The notes under the pieces are model-generated. The model had not been told where the DNA came from and did no database searches. It saw only the letters and a list, made by a program, of their open reading frames with translations. Shown here piece by piece: positions 56,545 through 64,000 of a DNA stretch of 64,000 nucleotides (its first letter is position 1; the number at the start of each line of letters is the position of its first letter). The position numbers and the translations under genes are program-made. This DNA comes from Escherichia coli (lineage in GTDB: Bacteria; Pseudomonadota; Gammaproteobacteria; Enterobacterales; Enterobacteriaceae). Where the stretch lies: NCBI RefSeq assembly GCF_044324875.1, contig NZ_CP172185.1; one strand, 5' to 3'.

Positions 56545-56889
56545 ATGTCCGGCAAGCGTATCTCTCGTGAAAAACTGACGATTAAAAAAATGATCGATCT
56601 TTATCAAGCGAAATGCCCGCAGGCGTCAGCGGAGCCGGAGCATTATGAGGCGTTGTTTACTTACGCGCAAAAGCGGCTGGATAAATGTGTGTTCGGCGAA
56701 GAGAAACCAGCCTGTAAGCAGTGTCCGGTGCACTGTTACCAGCCTGCAAAGCGTGAAGAGATGAAACAGATTATGCGTTGGGCTGGGCCGCGAATGCTGT
56801 GGCGTCATCCGATCTTAACCGTGCGTCATCTCATCGATGACAAGCGTCCGGTGCCGGAGTTGCCAGAAAAATATCGTCCAAAGAAATAA
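56545..56889 (+). CDS. ygbA: Nitrosative-stress-induced protein YgbA
   Basis: 114 aa, Cys-rich; RBS GGAGG; position next to mutS. Confidence 0.85.
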   Translation: MSGKRISREKLTIKKMIDLYQAKCPQASAEPEHYEALFTYAQKRLDKCVFGEEKPACKQCPVHCYQPAKREEMKQIMRWAGPRMLWRHPILTVRHLIDDKRPVPELPEKYRPKK

Positions 56890-56927
56890 ATCTGCCGGAG
56901 AGCCATACTCTCCGGCAAATAAGGCGC

Positions 56928-57356
56928 TTACGCTTTGGTGGCAATCAGGATGGCTGATGCTTTGATCAATGCAATAACGCGCGAGCCAGTGGTGAGTTTC
57001 ATTTCATCCTGACTTTCATTTGTTACCACTGCCACAATTTCAAAACCCGCATCCGTTTTGATATGGACAGTGGCGTTCACTGCTCCTTCGGTGATTGTCG
57101 ACACGCTGCCAGCAAACTGGTTGCGAGCAGAGAATTTCAGTCCACAGTCTTCCGTTGCCAGCGTTACCCACGGGGCTTTAATCAGGGCAATCGCTTCTTT
57201 CCCTTTCGCCAGACCCAGCGCTTGCTGGCTGCTGTGAGTCACAATTGCCACCAGCTTTGCACCACCTGCCAGCGTCAGTTCTACTTCATCATTCACAGCG
57301 CCCATTGCTACTGCGCTAACTGTTCCGGTTAATTGATTTCTTGCTGAAACTGCCAT
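56928..57356 (-). CDS. Molybdate-binding Mop protein (tandem TOBE domains)
   Basis: ORF 56928..57395; start set at ATG 57356 (MAVSARNQLTGTVS) after AAGGAGG; two repeated TOBE units (ARNQL/F.G.V..I..GAVN..V). Confidence 0.8.
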   Translation of the reverse strand: MAVSARNQLTGTVSAVAMGAVNDEVELTLAGGAKLVAIVTHSSQQALGLAKGKEAIALIKAPWVTLATEDCGLKFSARNQFAGSVSTITEGAVNATVHIKTDAGFEIVAVVTNESQDEMKLTTGSRVIALIKASAILIATKA

Positions 57357-57400
57357 ACTGCCTCCTTTCATTGAATGTTGATCGAGTATAACCACATCTG

Positions 57401-59479
57401 TTAAATCAATGCCGATTTATCAATTCCCAGTCGCTTCATCCGTGACAGCAGAGTCGTGCGTTTCAGCCCCAGACGTTGCGCAGCGCCTTTAGGCCCGGCA
57501 ACCACGCCGTTGGTTTCTTTCAGCACGCGAACAATCAACTGATATTCATCTTCGCCCTCCTGGGCGACAACCGTTGCGGCAGGCGGCGTTTCAGGCTCCG
57601 GTAAAGCAATATCAGGCAATGACAGCTGCAGCACGTTGCCGCGTGTTAGCAATACCGCGCGCTCAATGACGTTTTCCAGTTCGCGTACGTTACCCGGCCA
57701 CTCCATGTTGCTCAAGGTGCGCAGCGTCTCGGCAGGAATGCTGTCGATATTGCGCCCCAGACGACGGGCAATTTTGAAGGTAAAGGCTTTCGCCAGCAGC
57801 GGAATATCTTCCGGACGCTCGCGTAGTGGCGGCAGGTGAATCGGGAATACGTTCAGGCGGTAATAGAGATCGCTACGGAACTCACGGTCGGCGACCATTT
57901 TTTTCAGATCGCGGTTAGTTGCGGCGATTAGACGCACGTCCGTCTGAATGATTTTGTTGCTGCCGAGACGTTCAAACTCCTGTTCCTGTAATACACGCAG
58001 CAACTTCGGCTGTAACTCCAGTGGCATATCGCCCACTTCGTCGAGGAACAGGGAGCTTTTATCCGCCAGTTCAAAACGACCGATACGCTGGGCGCTGGCA
58101 CCGGTAAAAGCCCCACGCTCATGACCAAACAGATCGCTCTCCAGCAATCCGGCAGGCATCGCCGCGCAGTTCATTTTGACCATGCGGCGATTATTACGCC
58201 CACTGAGATTATGGATAGCACGGGCAATCAGCTCTTTACCCGTGCCAGTTTCACCGAGGATCAGCACGGTACTGTCACTTTGCGCCACCATTTCAACTTG
58301 TTTAAGCACGCTGTACATGGCTTCGCTGCGGCCAATAATCTCGCCAAATTCACTATCAACATTGTTGAGCTGCTCGGTCAGGGCGAGGTTTTCATCAACC
58401 AGCCGTTCTTTCAGACGATGGATTTCCTGATAGGCGAGGGCGTTATCGACAGCGATTGCCACACGTTCGGCAATCTGGCGCAGTAAATTCAGATTGGTAG
58501 TGGTAAACACTTTCTCTTCGCATTGCGCCAGTTTCAGCACGCCCAGCATGGTGTCGCCAGACATCAGCGGTAACAGGCACAAGGTTTGAATCTGGTTGCC
58601 CCAGGTGTCGAACAACATGCGTTCATAGGGGGCTAAATCGTCCCGCTCGTGGAGATTAATCAGCAGCATCTCTTTGCTTTTGAACACGCGTTCGGTGAGG
58701 GTTCCGGCTTCATCGACTTCGCTCTGTTCGTGGGCGGGATGCTGTTTATCAAGATAGTGAGTGGAGTAGATGTTGAGTTTGTTTTTACGGTGGCTGCGTA
58801 AGACGATGCTGATATCGTCAATGTCGAAGTAGTAATGGATTTCTTTGGCGACTTCGCTGACCAGTTCGTCCATATCCAGGCGGGAAAGCACCGCGTTGGT
58901 AATGGCAACCAGGATGCGGAAGTTATCGCGCTCCCGGCATAACAACTCATAGTCGACATTATTGACGACGCGGCTCTGGATTTGTTCGGTGACGACAGAA
59001 ACGATCTGCGTAAATGTTTGCAGACGATTGAACTCTTTTTCGCTCCAGGGGCGATCGTCATAACGAATAAATTCACAGCCACCAAAAATATGCCCTTCCG
59101 CCGCCAGTGGCATCAGGCAATAGTGACCAAATTTGGGGTATAGCCCACCTGCGGCCAGCTGCGGCCAGGTTTCACAAAATTCTTCGTAACTGCAATGCAG
59201 CGTATCAGGGCGCGACAAAATGCTGCGTACCGGACCGTGTGCCAGAACAGTTTCGTCTTCATATTTAATGGGGGTGTCTTTTTCACGCGATGCGTAATAA
59301 GACGCACGTTGAGTCTGCGCTTGCCACAACACAATAGCCGCGTTGTCGGCGAGCGCAGAACGCTTTACCAGTTGCGAAAGAGCCTCACACAGCGAGGCCA
59401 GATCGGGCTGCTGCAATAGTGTCCGAGTGATGTCGAACAACCCTTGTTGTCCGAGATCACTCATCGGTGTATATGACAT
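57401..59479 (-). CDS. fhlA: Formate hydrogenlyase transcriptional activator FhlA (sigma54-dependent)
   Basis: ORF 57401..59515; start set at MSYTPMSDL (692 aa); GAF domains, AAA+ sigma54-interaction domain (GETGTGKE, GAFTGA), C-terminal HTH. Confidence 0.95.
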   Translation of the reverse strand: MSYTPMSDLGQQGLFDITRTLLQQPDLASLCEALSQLVKRSALADNAAIVLWQAQTQRASYYASREKDTPIKYEDETVLAHGPVRSILSRPDTLHCSYEEFCETWPQLAAGGLYPKFGHYCLMPLAAEGHIFGGCEFIRYDDRPWSEKEFNRLQTFTQIVSVVTEQIQSRVVNNVDYELLCRERDNFRILVAITNAVLSRLDMDELVSEVAKEIHYYFDIDDISIVLRSHRKNKLNIYSTHYLDKQHPAHEQSEVDEAGTLTERVFKSKEMLLINLHERDDLAPYERMLFDTWGNQIQTLCLLPLMSGDTMLGVLKLAQCEEKVFTTTNLNLLRQIAERVAIAVDNALAYQEIHRLKERLVDENLALTEQLNNVDSEFGEIIGRSEAMYSVLKQVEMVAQSDSTVLILGETGTGKELIARAIHNLSGRNNRRMVKMNCAAMPAGLLESDLFGHERGAFTGASAQRIGRFELADKSSLFLDEVGDMPLELQPKLLRVLQEQEFERLGSNKIIQTDVRLIAATNRDLKKMVADREFRSDLYYRLNVFPIHLPPLRERPEDIPLLAKAFTFKIARRLGRNIDSIPAETLRTLSNMEWPGNVRELENVIERAVLLTRGNVLQLSLPDIALPEPETPPAATVVAQEGEDEYQLIVRVLKETNGVVAGPKGAAQRLGLKRTTLLSRMKRLGIDKSALI

Positions 59480-59552
59480 TTTGTTCTTCCAGGAAAGCAC
59501 CGCAAAGCGGTGCAAAAGGTCATTGACTAACTATAGGAGATTTAGAATTTTA

Positions 59553-60563
59553 TTAGCATATACGCGGAAGCGGTTCGGCGTGCGGTAGATCGAGGGTTCG
59601 TTTCACGCCATACAGACCGGCAAGACGAACACCTTTACGTTCCACCACTTCACCAATCAGCGCCGCGTCTTTTCCCAGTGGATGGGAATGTAACGCTGCC
59701 AGCACTTGCTCTGCCGCGTTGCGTTCAACGGCGATCACCAGTTTGCCTTCGTTGGCAAAGTTAAGGGCGTCCAGTCCCAGCAGTTCGCAAACGCCGCGCA
59801 CAGCAGGTTTAACCGGCAGTGCCGCTTCTGAAATTTCAATACCGCAACCGCAGGCTGCCGCGAACTCATGAACTACCGCGTTCACACCACCACGGGTGGC
59901 ATCACGCAGCGCTTTCACGCCGGGAATGTCACGCAGCGTCTGAATAAGCGGCGTTAGTACCGCACAGTCGCTGACCAGTTCGCCATCCAGCCCCAGCTGC
60001 TCACGCAGGTTAAGGATAGTCGCCCCGTGGTCGCCGAGTGTACCGCTAACCAGCAATACATCGCCTGCGGTTAGCGTCTGTGCGCCCCAGTGAATATTCG
60101 CCGGAATTGCGCCCATGCCAGCGGTGTTGATAAACAGTTTATCTGCCGCGCCGCGCTGCACCACTTTAGTATCGCCAGTGACGATGGCAATGCCTGCCGC
60201 GCGCGCGGTTTCTGCCATGCTGGTCACTACGGCTTTCAGTGTCTCCATCGGCAATCCTTCTTCGAGGATAAAGCCACAGGAGAGATAGCGCGGAATAGCG
60301 CCACTGACCGCAACGTCATTCGCGGTGCCGCAAATCGCCAGCTTGCCGATATTACCGCCAGGAAAGAACAGCGGGTCAATGACGTAACTGTCGGTGGAGA
60401 ACGCCAGACGGTCGCCTTCCGCTACCAGCTGCGCCAGATCAAGACGGGCCTGATCTTCCTGCTCTGCCAGCCACGGGTTGGCAAAGGCTTCCATAAACAG
60501 GCTGTTGATTAATTGCTGCATCGCCTGGCCGCCGCTGCCGTGGGCGAGTTGGATATTATTCAC
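59553..60563 (-). CDS. hypE: Hydrogenase maturation protein HypE
   Basis: 336 aa; C-terminal PRIC. Confidence 0.95.
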   Translation of the reverse strand: MNNIQLAHGSGGQAMQQLINSLFMEAFANPWLAEQEDQARLDLAQLVAEGDRLAFSTDSYVIDPLFFPGGNIGKLAICGTANDVAVSGAIPRYLSCGFILEEGLPMETLKAVVTSMAETARAAGIAIVTGDTKVVQRGAADKLFINTAGMGAIPANIHWGAQTLTAGDVLLVSGTLGDHGATILNLREQLGLDGELVSDCAVLTPLIQTLRDIPGVKALRDATRGGVNAVVHEFAAACGCGIEISEAALPVKPAVRGVCELLGLDALNFANEGKLVIAVERNAAEQVLAALHSHPLGKDAALIGEVVERKGVRLAGLYGVKRTLDLPHAEPLPRIC

Positions 60564-61681
60564 GCTTCACTCTCCTGCTGACGATACTGATACCACGCGG
60601 CGCACGCTCCTTCGGAGGAGACCATCAGTGCACCAAACGCGGTTTGAGGATTACAGGTGTTACCAAACAGCGGGCATTGATGCGGCTTACATTTGCCCGT
60701 TAATACTTCGCCACAACGCGCACGCGGGTCATCGCAGACCTGCTGCGGTGCCGGGCGGAAATGCGCTTCGGCATCGAATCGTTGATAATCCGGCGTCAGG
60801 TGTACACCAGAAGATTCAATCACGCCTAAGCCGCGCCATTCGCTGTCGCCGTTGACACAGAACACATCGGCAATCGCCTGTTGCGCCAGCAGGTTACCGG
60901 CATCCGGCACCACCCGACGATACTGATTCTCCACCTTGCTGTGGGCCGCTATTTTCTGCTCCACCAGCATGACCACGCCTTGCAGTAGATCAAGCGGTTC
61001 GAAACCAGCCACCACCAGCGGACGATGAAAATCGCTGGCGATAAAATTATAGGCATCAGTGCCGATCACCATACTGACGTGGCCGGGCGCGAGGAACGCG
61101 TCGATACCGTTATCCGGCTGTTCCAGCAAACTGCGCAGTGTTGGGATGAGCGTAATATGCTGGCAGAAGAAGTAAAAATTCTGCACATCGCGGGCTTTTG
61201 CCTGTTGCAGCGTGATGGCGGTGGTCGGCATGGTGGTTTCAAACCCTAAGCCGAAGAACACCACTTTGCGGGTTGGATTCTCCTGAGCCAGTTTTAACGC
61301 ATCCATTGGCGAGTAAACGATGCGCACATCGGCACCGCGTGCCTTTGCCTGTAACAGCGAACCCTGTTTCCCTGGTACGCGCATGGCGTCGCCAAAGGTA
61401 CAGAAGATGACTTCCGGATGGCTGGCAATCTCCACGCAGGTGTCGATTCTACCCATCGGCAGTACACACACCGGGCAACCGGGACCGTGGATAAACTCAA
61501 CGTTTTCCGGTAGCAACTGGTCGAGGCCGAATTTAAAAATGGCGTGGGTATGACCGCCACACACTTCCATAATCCGCAGAGGGCGTTCGGCGGTGTAAGA
61601 GAGATGTGAAGCACGTTCGCGCAGATGCTCAATTAACTGCATCACCTGTTCCAGCGCGCGATATTCATCAACAAAACGCAT
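60560..61681 (-). CDS. hypD: Hydrogenase maturation protein HypD
   Basis: 373 aa; CGGHTHA and CPVCV motifs. Confidence 0.95.
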   Translation of the reverse strand: MRFVDEYRALEQVMQLIEHLRERASHLSYTAERPLRIMEVCGGHTHAIFKFGLDQLLPENVEFIHGPGCPVCVLPMGRIDTCVEIASHPEVIFCTFGDAMRVPGKQGSLLQAKARGADVRIVYSPMDALKLAQENPTRKVVFFGLGFETTMPTTAITLQQAKARDVQNFYFFCQHITLIPTLRSLLEQPDNGIDAFLAPGHVSMVIGTDAYNFIASDFHRPLVVAGFEPLDLLQGVVMLVEQKIAAHSKVENQYRRVVPDAGNLLAQQAIADVFCVNGDSEWRGLGVIESSGVHLTPDYQRFDAEAHFRPAPQQVCDDPRARCGEVLTGKCKPHQCPLFGNTCNPQTAFGALMVSSEGACAAWYQYRQQESEA

Positions 61682-61953
61682 TATTTTTCCTCGCCATACA
61701 ACAGCGCACCGACATCCGGCTCAACGTCAAACATATTTTGTAAGGCGTCGAGAGTGTCGCGCGCTTCGGCTTCATTAATTACGCTCATGGCAAAGCCAAC
61801 GTGAACCAGTACCCACTGGCCTACGCGTGGCTGACCGTTTTCATCGCAGCTGCCGACTAACGTTAAATCGACATCGCGCTGAATGCCGCAGACGTCGACT
61901 TTCGCCTGGTTGCCGTCAATGGTGCGGATTTGGCCGGGAACGCCTATGCACAT
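61681..61953 (-). CDS. hypC: Hydrogenase maturation chaperone HypC
   Basis: ORF 61681..61980; start set at MCIGVPGQI (90 aa). Confidence 0.92.
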   Translation of the reverse strand: MCIGVPGQIRTIDGNQAKVDVCGIQRDVDLTLVGSCDENGQPRVGQWVLVHVGFAMSVINEAEARDTLDALQNMFDVEPDVGALLYGEEK

Positions 61954-62816
61954 CGCTGTGTCTCCAGCCAGTTCAGCCACTGGTCCATCCCTTCGCCGCT
62001 GGTGGCGGAAATAAGGATGATTTCAATTTCTGGATTGACTTCGCGGGCGCAGGCGATGCACTTCTCAACGTCAAAGTTGAGATACGGCAGCAGGTCAACT
62101 TTGTTGAGCAGCATCAGCGAGGCGGCGGCAAACATATGGGGATATTTCAGCGGTTTGTCTTCACCTTCGGTAACGGAAAGCACCGCCACTTTGTGTTTTT
62201 CACCGAGATCGAAGCTCGCCGGGCAAACGAGATTGCCGACGTTTTCGATAAACAAAATACCGTTATCGTCCAGTGGCAGGCGCGGTGCGGCGTCGGCAAT
62301 CATCTGTGCGTCAAGATGGCAGCCTTTACCGGTGTTCACCTGAATCGCTGGTGTGCCGGTAGCGCGAATGCGTGCGGCATCGTTCACGGTTTGCTGGTCG
62401 CCTTCAATAACTGCGCACGGAACGCTGTCTTTCAGGCGCATTAAAGTTTCCGTCAGCAGGGTGGTTTTACCGGAACCAGGGCTGGAAACCAGGTTGAGCA
62501 CCAGTTGCTTGCGGGCAGCAAAGCGCGCGCGGTTGCGTTCAGCCAGACGGTTATTTTTGTCCAGCACGTCAATTTCGACTTCCAGCATCCGACGCTGGCT
62601 CATGCCCGGCGAGTGAGTGCCCGCTTCGCCATGACCGTAATGCAGGTCGCCTTCTTCAGTCTGGCTGGGGGTAAATTCAGGCGCTTTAATGCCGGTGATT
62701 TTCATCTTCGGGCGTGCCGCCGGGGCAAATGGCGCGCTACGAAACGCGGAATGAGGGTTATGTTCATCACCCTCGATATACAGGTTGCCTTCACCGCAAC
62801 CGCATGTTGTACACAT
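61944..62816 (-). CDS. hypB: Hydrogenase nickel-incorporation GTPase HypB
   Basis: 290 aa; N-terminal Cys/His metal site, G-domain GSGKTT. Confidence 0.95.
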   Translation of the reverse strand: MCTTCGCGEGNLYIEGDEHNPHSAFRSAPFAPAARPKMKITGIKAPEFTPSQTEEGDLHYGHGEAGTHSPGMSQRRMLEVEIDVLDKNNRLAERNRARFAARKQLVLNLVSSPGSGKTTLLTETLMRLKDSVPCAVIEGDQQTVNDAARIRATGTPAIQVNTGKGCHLDAQMIADAAPRLPLDDNGILFIENVGNLVCPASFDLGEKHKVAVLSVTEGEDKPLKYPHMFAAASLMLLNKVDLLPYLNFDVEKCIACAREVNPEIEIILISATSGEGMDQWLNWLETQRCA

Positions 62817-62819
62817 CGC

Positions 62820-63170
62820 TCACTCCTGGTCTATTTCTATCCGCCGAATCTGTAAACCGTCGTCTGCCACAATCTGTAGCATGTCACCATGACACTGTGG
62901 ACAGCGGCGGACGCGTTGGGTCAGTAGCGTCACATACTGTTGGCATGTTTCACACCAGCATTCGGCCTCTTGTTCTTCGAGGTGCAGTTTACAACCTTCC
63001 GCCACGCTGCCGCGGCAAACCAGATCAAAACAAAAGGCAAGAGAGCTGGTTTCGACACAAGAAAATGCGCCAATTTTGAGCCAGACCCCAGTTACGCGTT
63101 TTGCGCCGTGTTTTGCGGCCTGCTGTTCGATCAATTCCAGTGCCCGTTGGCAGAGGGTTATTTCGTGCAT
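62820..63170 (-). CDS. hypA: Hydrogenase nickel-incorporation protein HypA
   Basis: ORF 62820..63182; start set at MHEITLCQ (116 aa); CxxC..CxxC zinc site. Confidence 0.92.
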   Translation of the reverse strand: MHEITLCQRALELIEQQAAKHGAKRVTGVWLKIGAFSCVETSSLAFCFDLVCRGSVAEGCKLHLEEQEAECWCETCQQYVTLLTQRVRRCPQCHGDMLQIVADDGLQIRRIEIDQE

Positions 63171-63200
63171 ATCGCCTCCCATTAACTATTGCCAGCTACA

Positions 63201-63216
63201 AGCAATAATTGTGCCA
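63201..63216 (-). promoter_or_regulatory. sigma54 promoter (TGGCAC-N5-TTGCT on minus strand) upstream of hypA
   Basis: Reverse complement of AGCAATAATTGTGCCA reads TGGCACAATTATTGCT, a perfect -24/-12 consensus. Confidence 0.65.
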
Positions 63217-63329
63217 GTGTTGATTATCCCTGCGGTGAATAATGTCGATGATGTCGAAATGACACGTCGACACGGCGACGAAATTCATCTTTAGCTTAAA
63301 AATCGCTTTAATAACAACAAATTAAAAGT

Positions 63330-63345
63330 TGGCACAGAAAATGCT
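63330..63345 (+). promoter_or_regulatory. sigma54-type promoter (TGGCAC-N5-ATGCT) upstream of hycA
   Basis: TGGCACAGAAAATGCT read directly about 37 bp upstream of the hycA ATG. Confidence 0.55.
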
Positions 63346-63381
63346 TAAAGCTGGCATCTCTGTTAAACGGGTAACCTGACA

Positions 63382-63843
63382 ATGACTATTTGGGAAATAA
63401 GCGAGAAAGCCGATTACATCGCACAGCGGCATCGTCGCCTACAGGACCAGTGGCACATCTACTGCAATTCGCTGGTTCAGGGGATCACGTTATCGAAAGC
63501 GCGCCTGCATCACGCCATGAGCTGCGCGCCGGACAAAGAACTCTGTTTCGTCCTTTTTGAACATTTTCGTATTTACGTCACCCTGGCGGATGGCTTTAAC
63601 AGCCACACCATCGAGTATTACGTCGAAACAAAAGATGGTGAAGACAAACAGCGGATTGCGCAGGCGCAACTGAGCATTGACGGCATGATTGATGGCAAGG
63701 TCAACATCCGCGATCGCGAACAGGTTCTGGAACACTATCTCGAAAAAATCGCTGGCGTTTACGACAGCTTATACACCGCCATTGAAAACAATGTGCCGGT
63801 GAATTTAAGCCAACTGGTAAAGGGACAAAGCCCGGCAGCATGA
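63382..63843 (+). CDS. hycA: Formate hydrogenlyase regulatory protein HycA
   Basis: 153 aa; divergent from hypA. Confidence 0.93.
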   Translation: MTIWEISEKADYIAQRHRRLQDQWHIYCNSLVQGITLSKARLHHAMSCAPDKELCFVLFEHFRIYVTLADGFNSHTIEYYVETKDGEDKQRIAQAQLSIDGMIDGKVNIRDREQVLEHYLEKIAGVYDSLYTAIENNVPVNLSQLVKGQSPAA

Positions 63844-63967
63844 GCTGAGGCTTTGCCCGTTTTGCAGGCGTTACGCCTGTTTGGGGATGGGCGTGTCGAT
63901 GAGTGTCGAAAATGACATTTCATCGGCATGTTTTCGTCAAAAATGACAATCACCTGAGGAATGCCTG

Positions 63968-64000
63968 GTGAATCGTTTTGTAATTGCTGACTCCACGCTC
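63968..64000 (+). CDS. hycB: Formate hydrogenlyase subunit HycB, 3'-truncated by window edge (GTG start)
   Basis: GTG 63968 seven nt after AGGA; translation VNRFVIADSTL.. matches the HycB N-terminus as I recall it. Confidence 0.55.
   Translation, partial: MNRFVIADSTL

Overview
This window reads as an Escherichia coli-type chromosomal segment (identification from recognised protein sequences and gene order, not from a database search) running mazG-pyrG-eno ... cysJIH ... cysDNC ... rpoS ... mutS ... fhlA-hypEDCBA / hycA. It does not match my recollection of K-12 in several accessory blocks. Core content is about 60 protein genes, nearly all taken from the six-frame track with start codons corrected where an internal Met/GTG plus RBS fits better. 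Accessory content: (1) a complete type I-E CRISPR-Cas locus (cas3, cse1, cse2, cas7e, cas5e, cas6e, cas1, cas2) with a 9-repeat/8-spacer array next to cas2, plus a second 5-repeat/4-spacer array and a degenerate remnant about 28 kb away beside queE; both arrays are on the + strand behind homologous leaders. (2) A 50-codon hok-family toxin ORF (absent from the ORF track) followed by an IS21-family element (istA/istB) that ends about 50 bp upstream of cas3. (3) A LemA plus three tandem TPM-domain paralogs between eno and queE. (4) The ygc island (FGGY kinase, two MFS transporters, SDR, FAD-linked oxidase, EtfB/EtfA-like, FixC/FixX-like, GlpP-like antiterminator) whose divergent control region has a perfect CRP consensus site flanked by two hairpin+T-run leader terminators; this is my top candidate for an undescribed regulatory system. 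ygcN carries an in-frame TGA. (5) The rpoS-mutS variable segment holds a MarR-like regulator, a UbiX/UbiD-type decarboxylase module whose small subunit is interrupted by an amber codon, pphB, and an AT-rich Sel1-repeat gene. (6) A Mop/TOBE gene downstream of fhlA, and divergent sigma54 promoters between hypA and hycA. No rRNA or tRNA genes were seen. All K-12 comparisons are from memory and need alignment to confirm.
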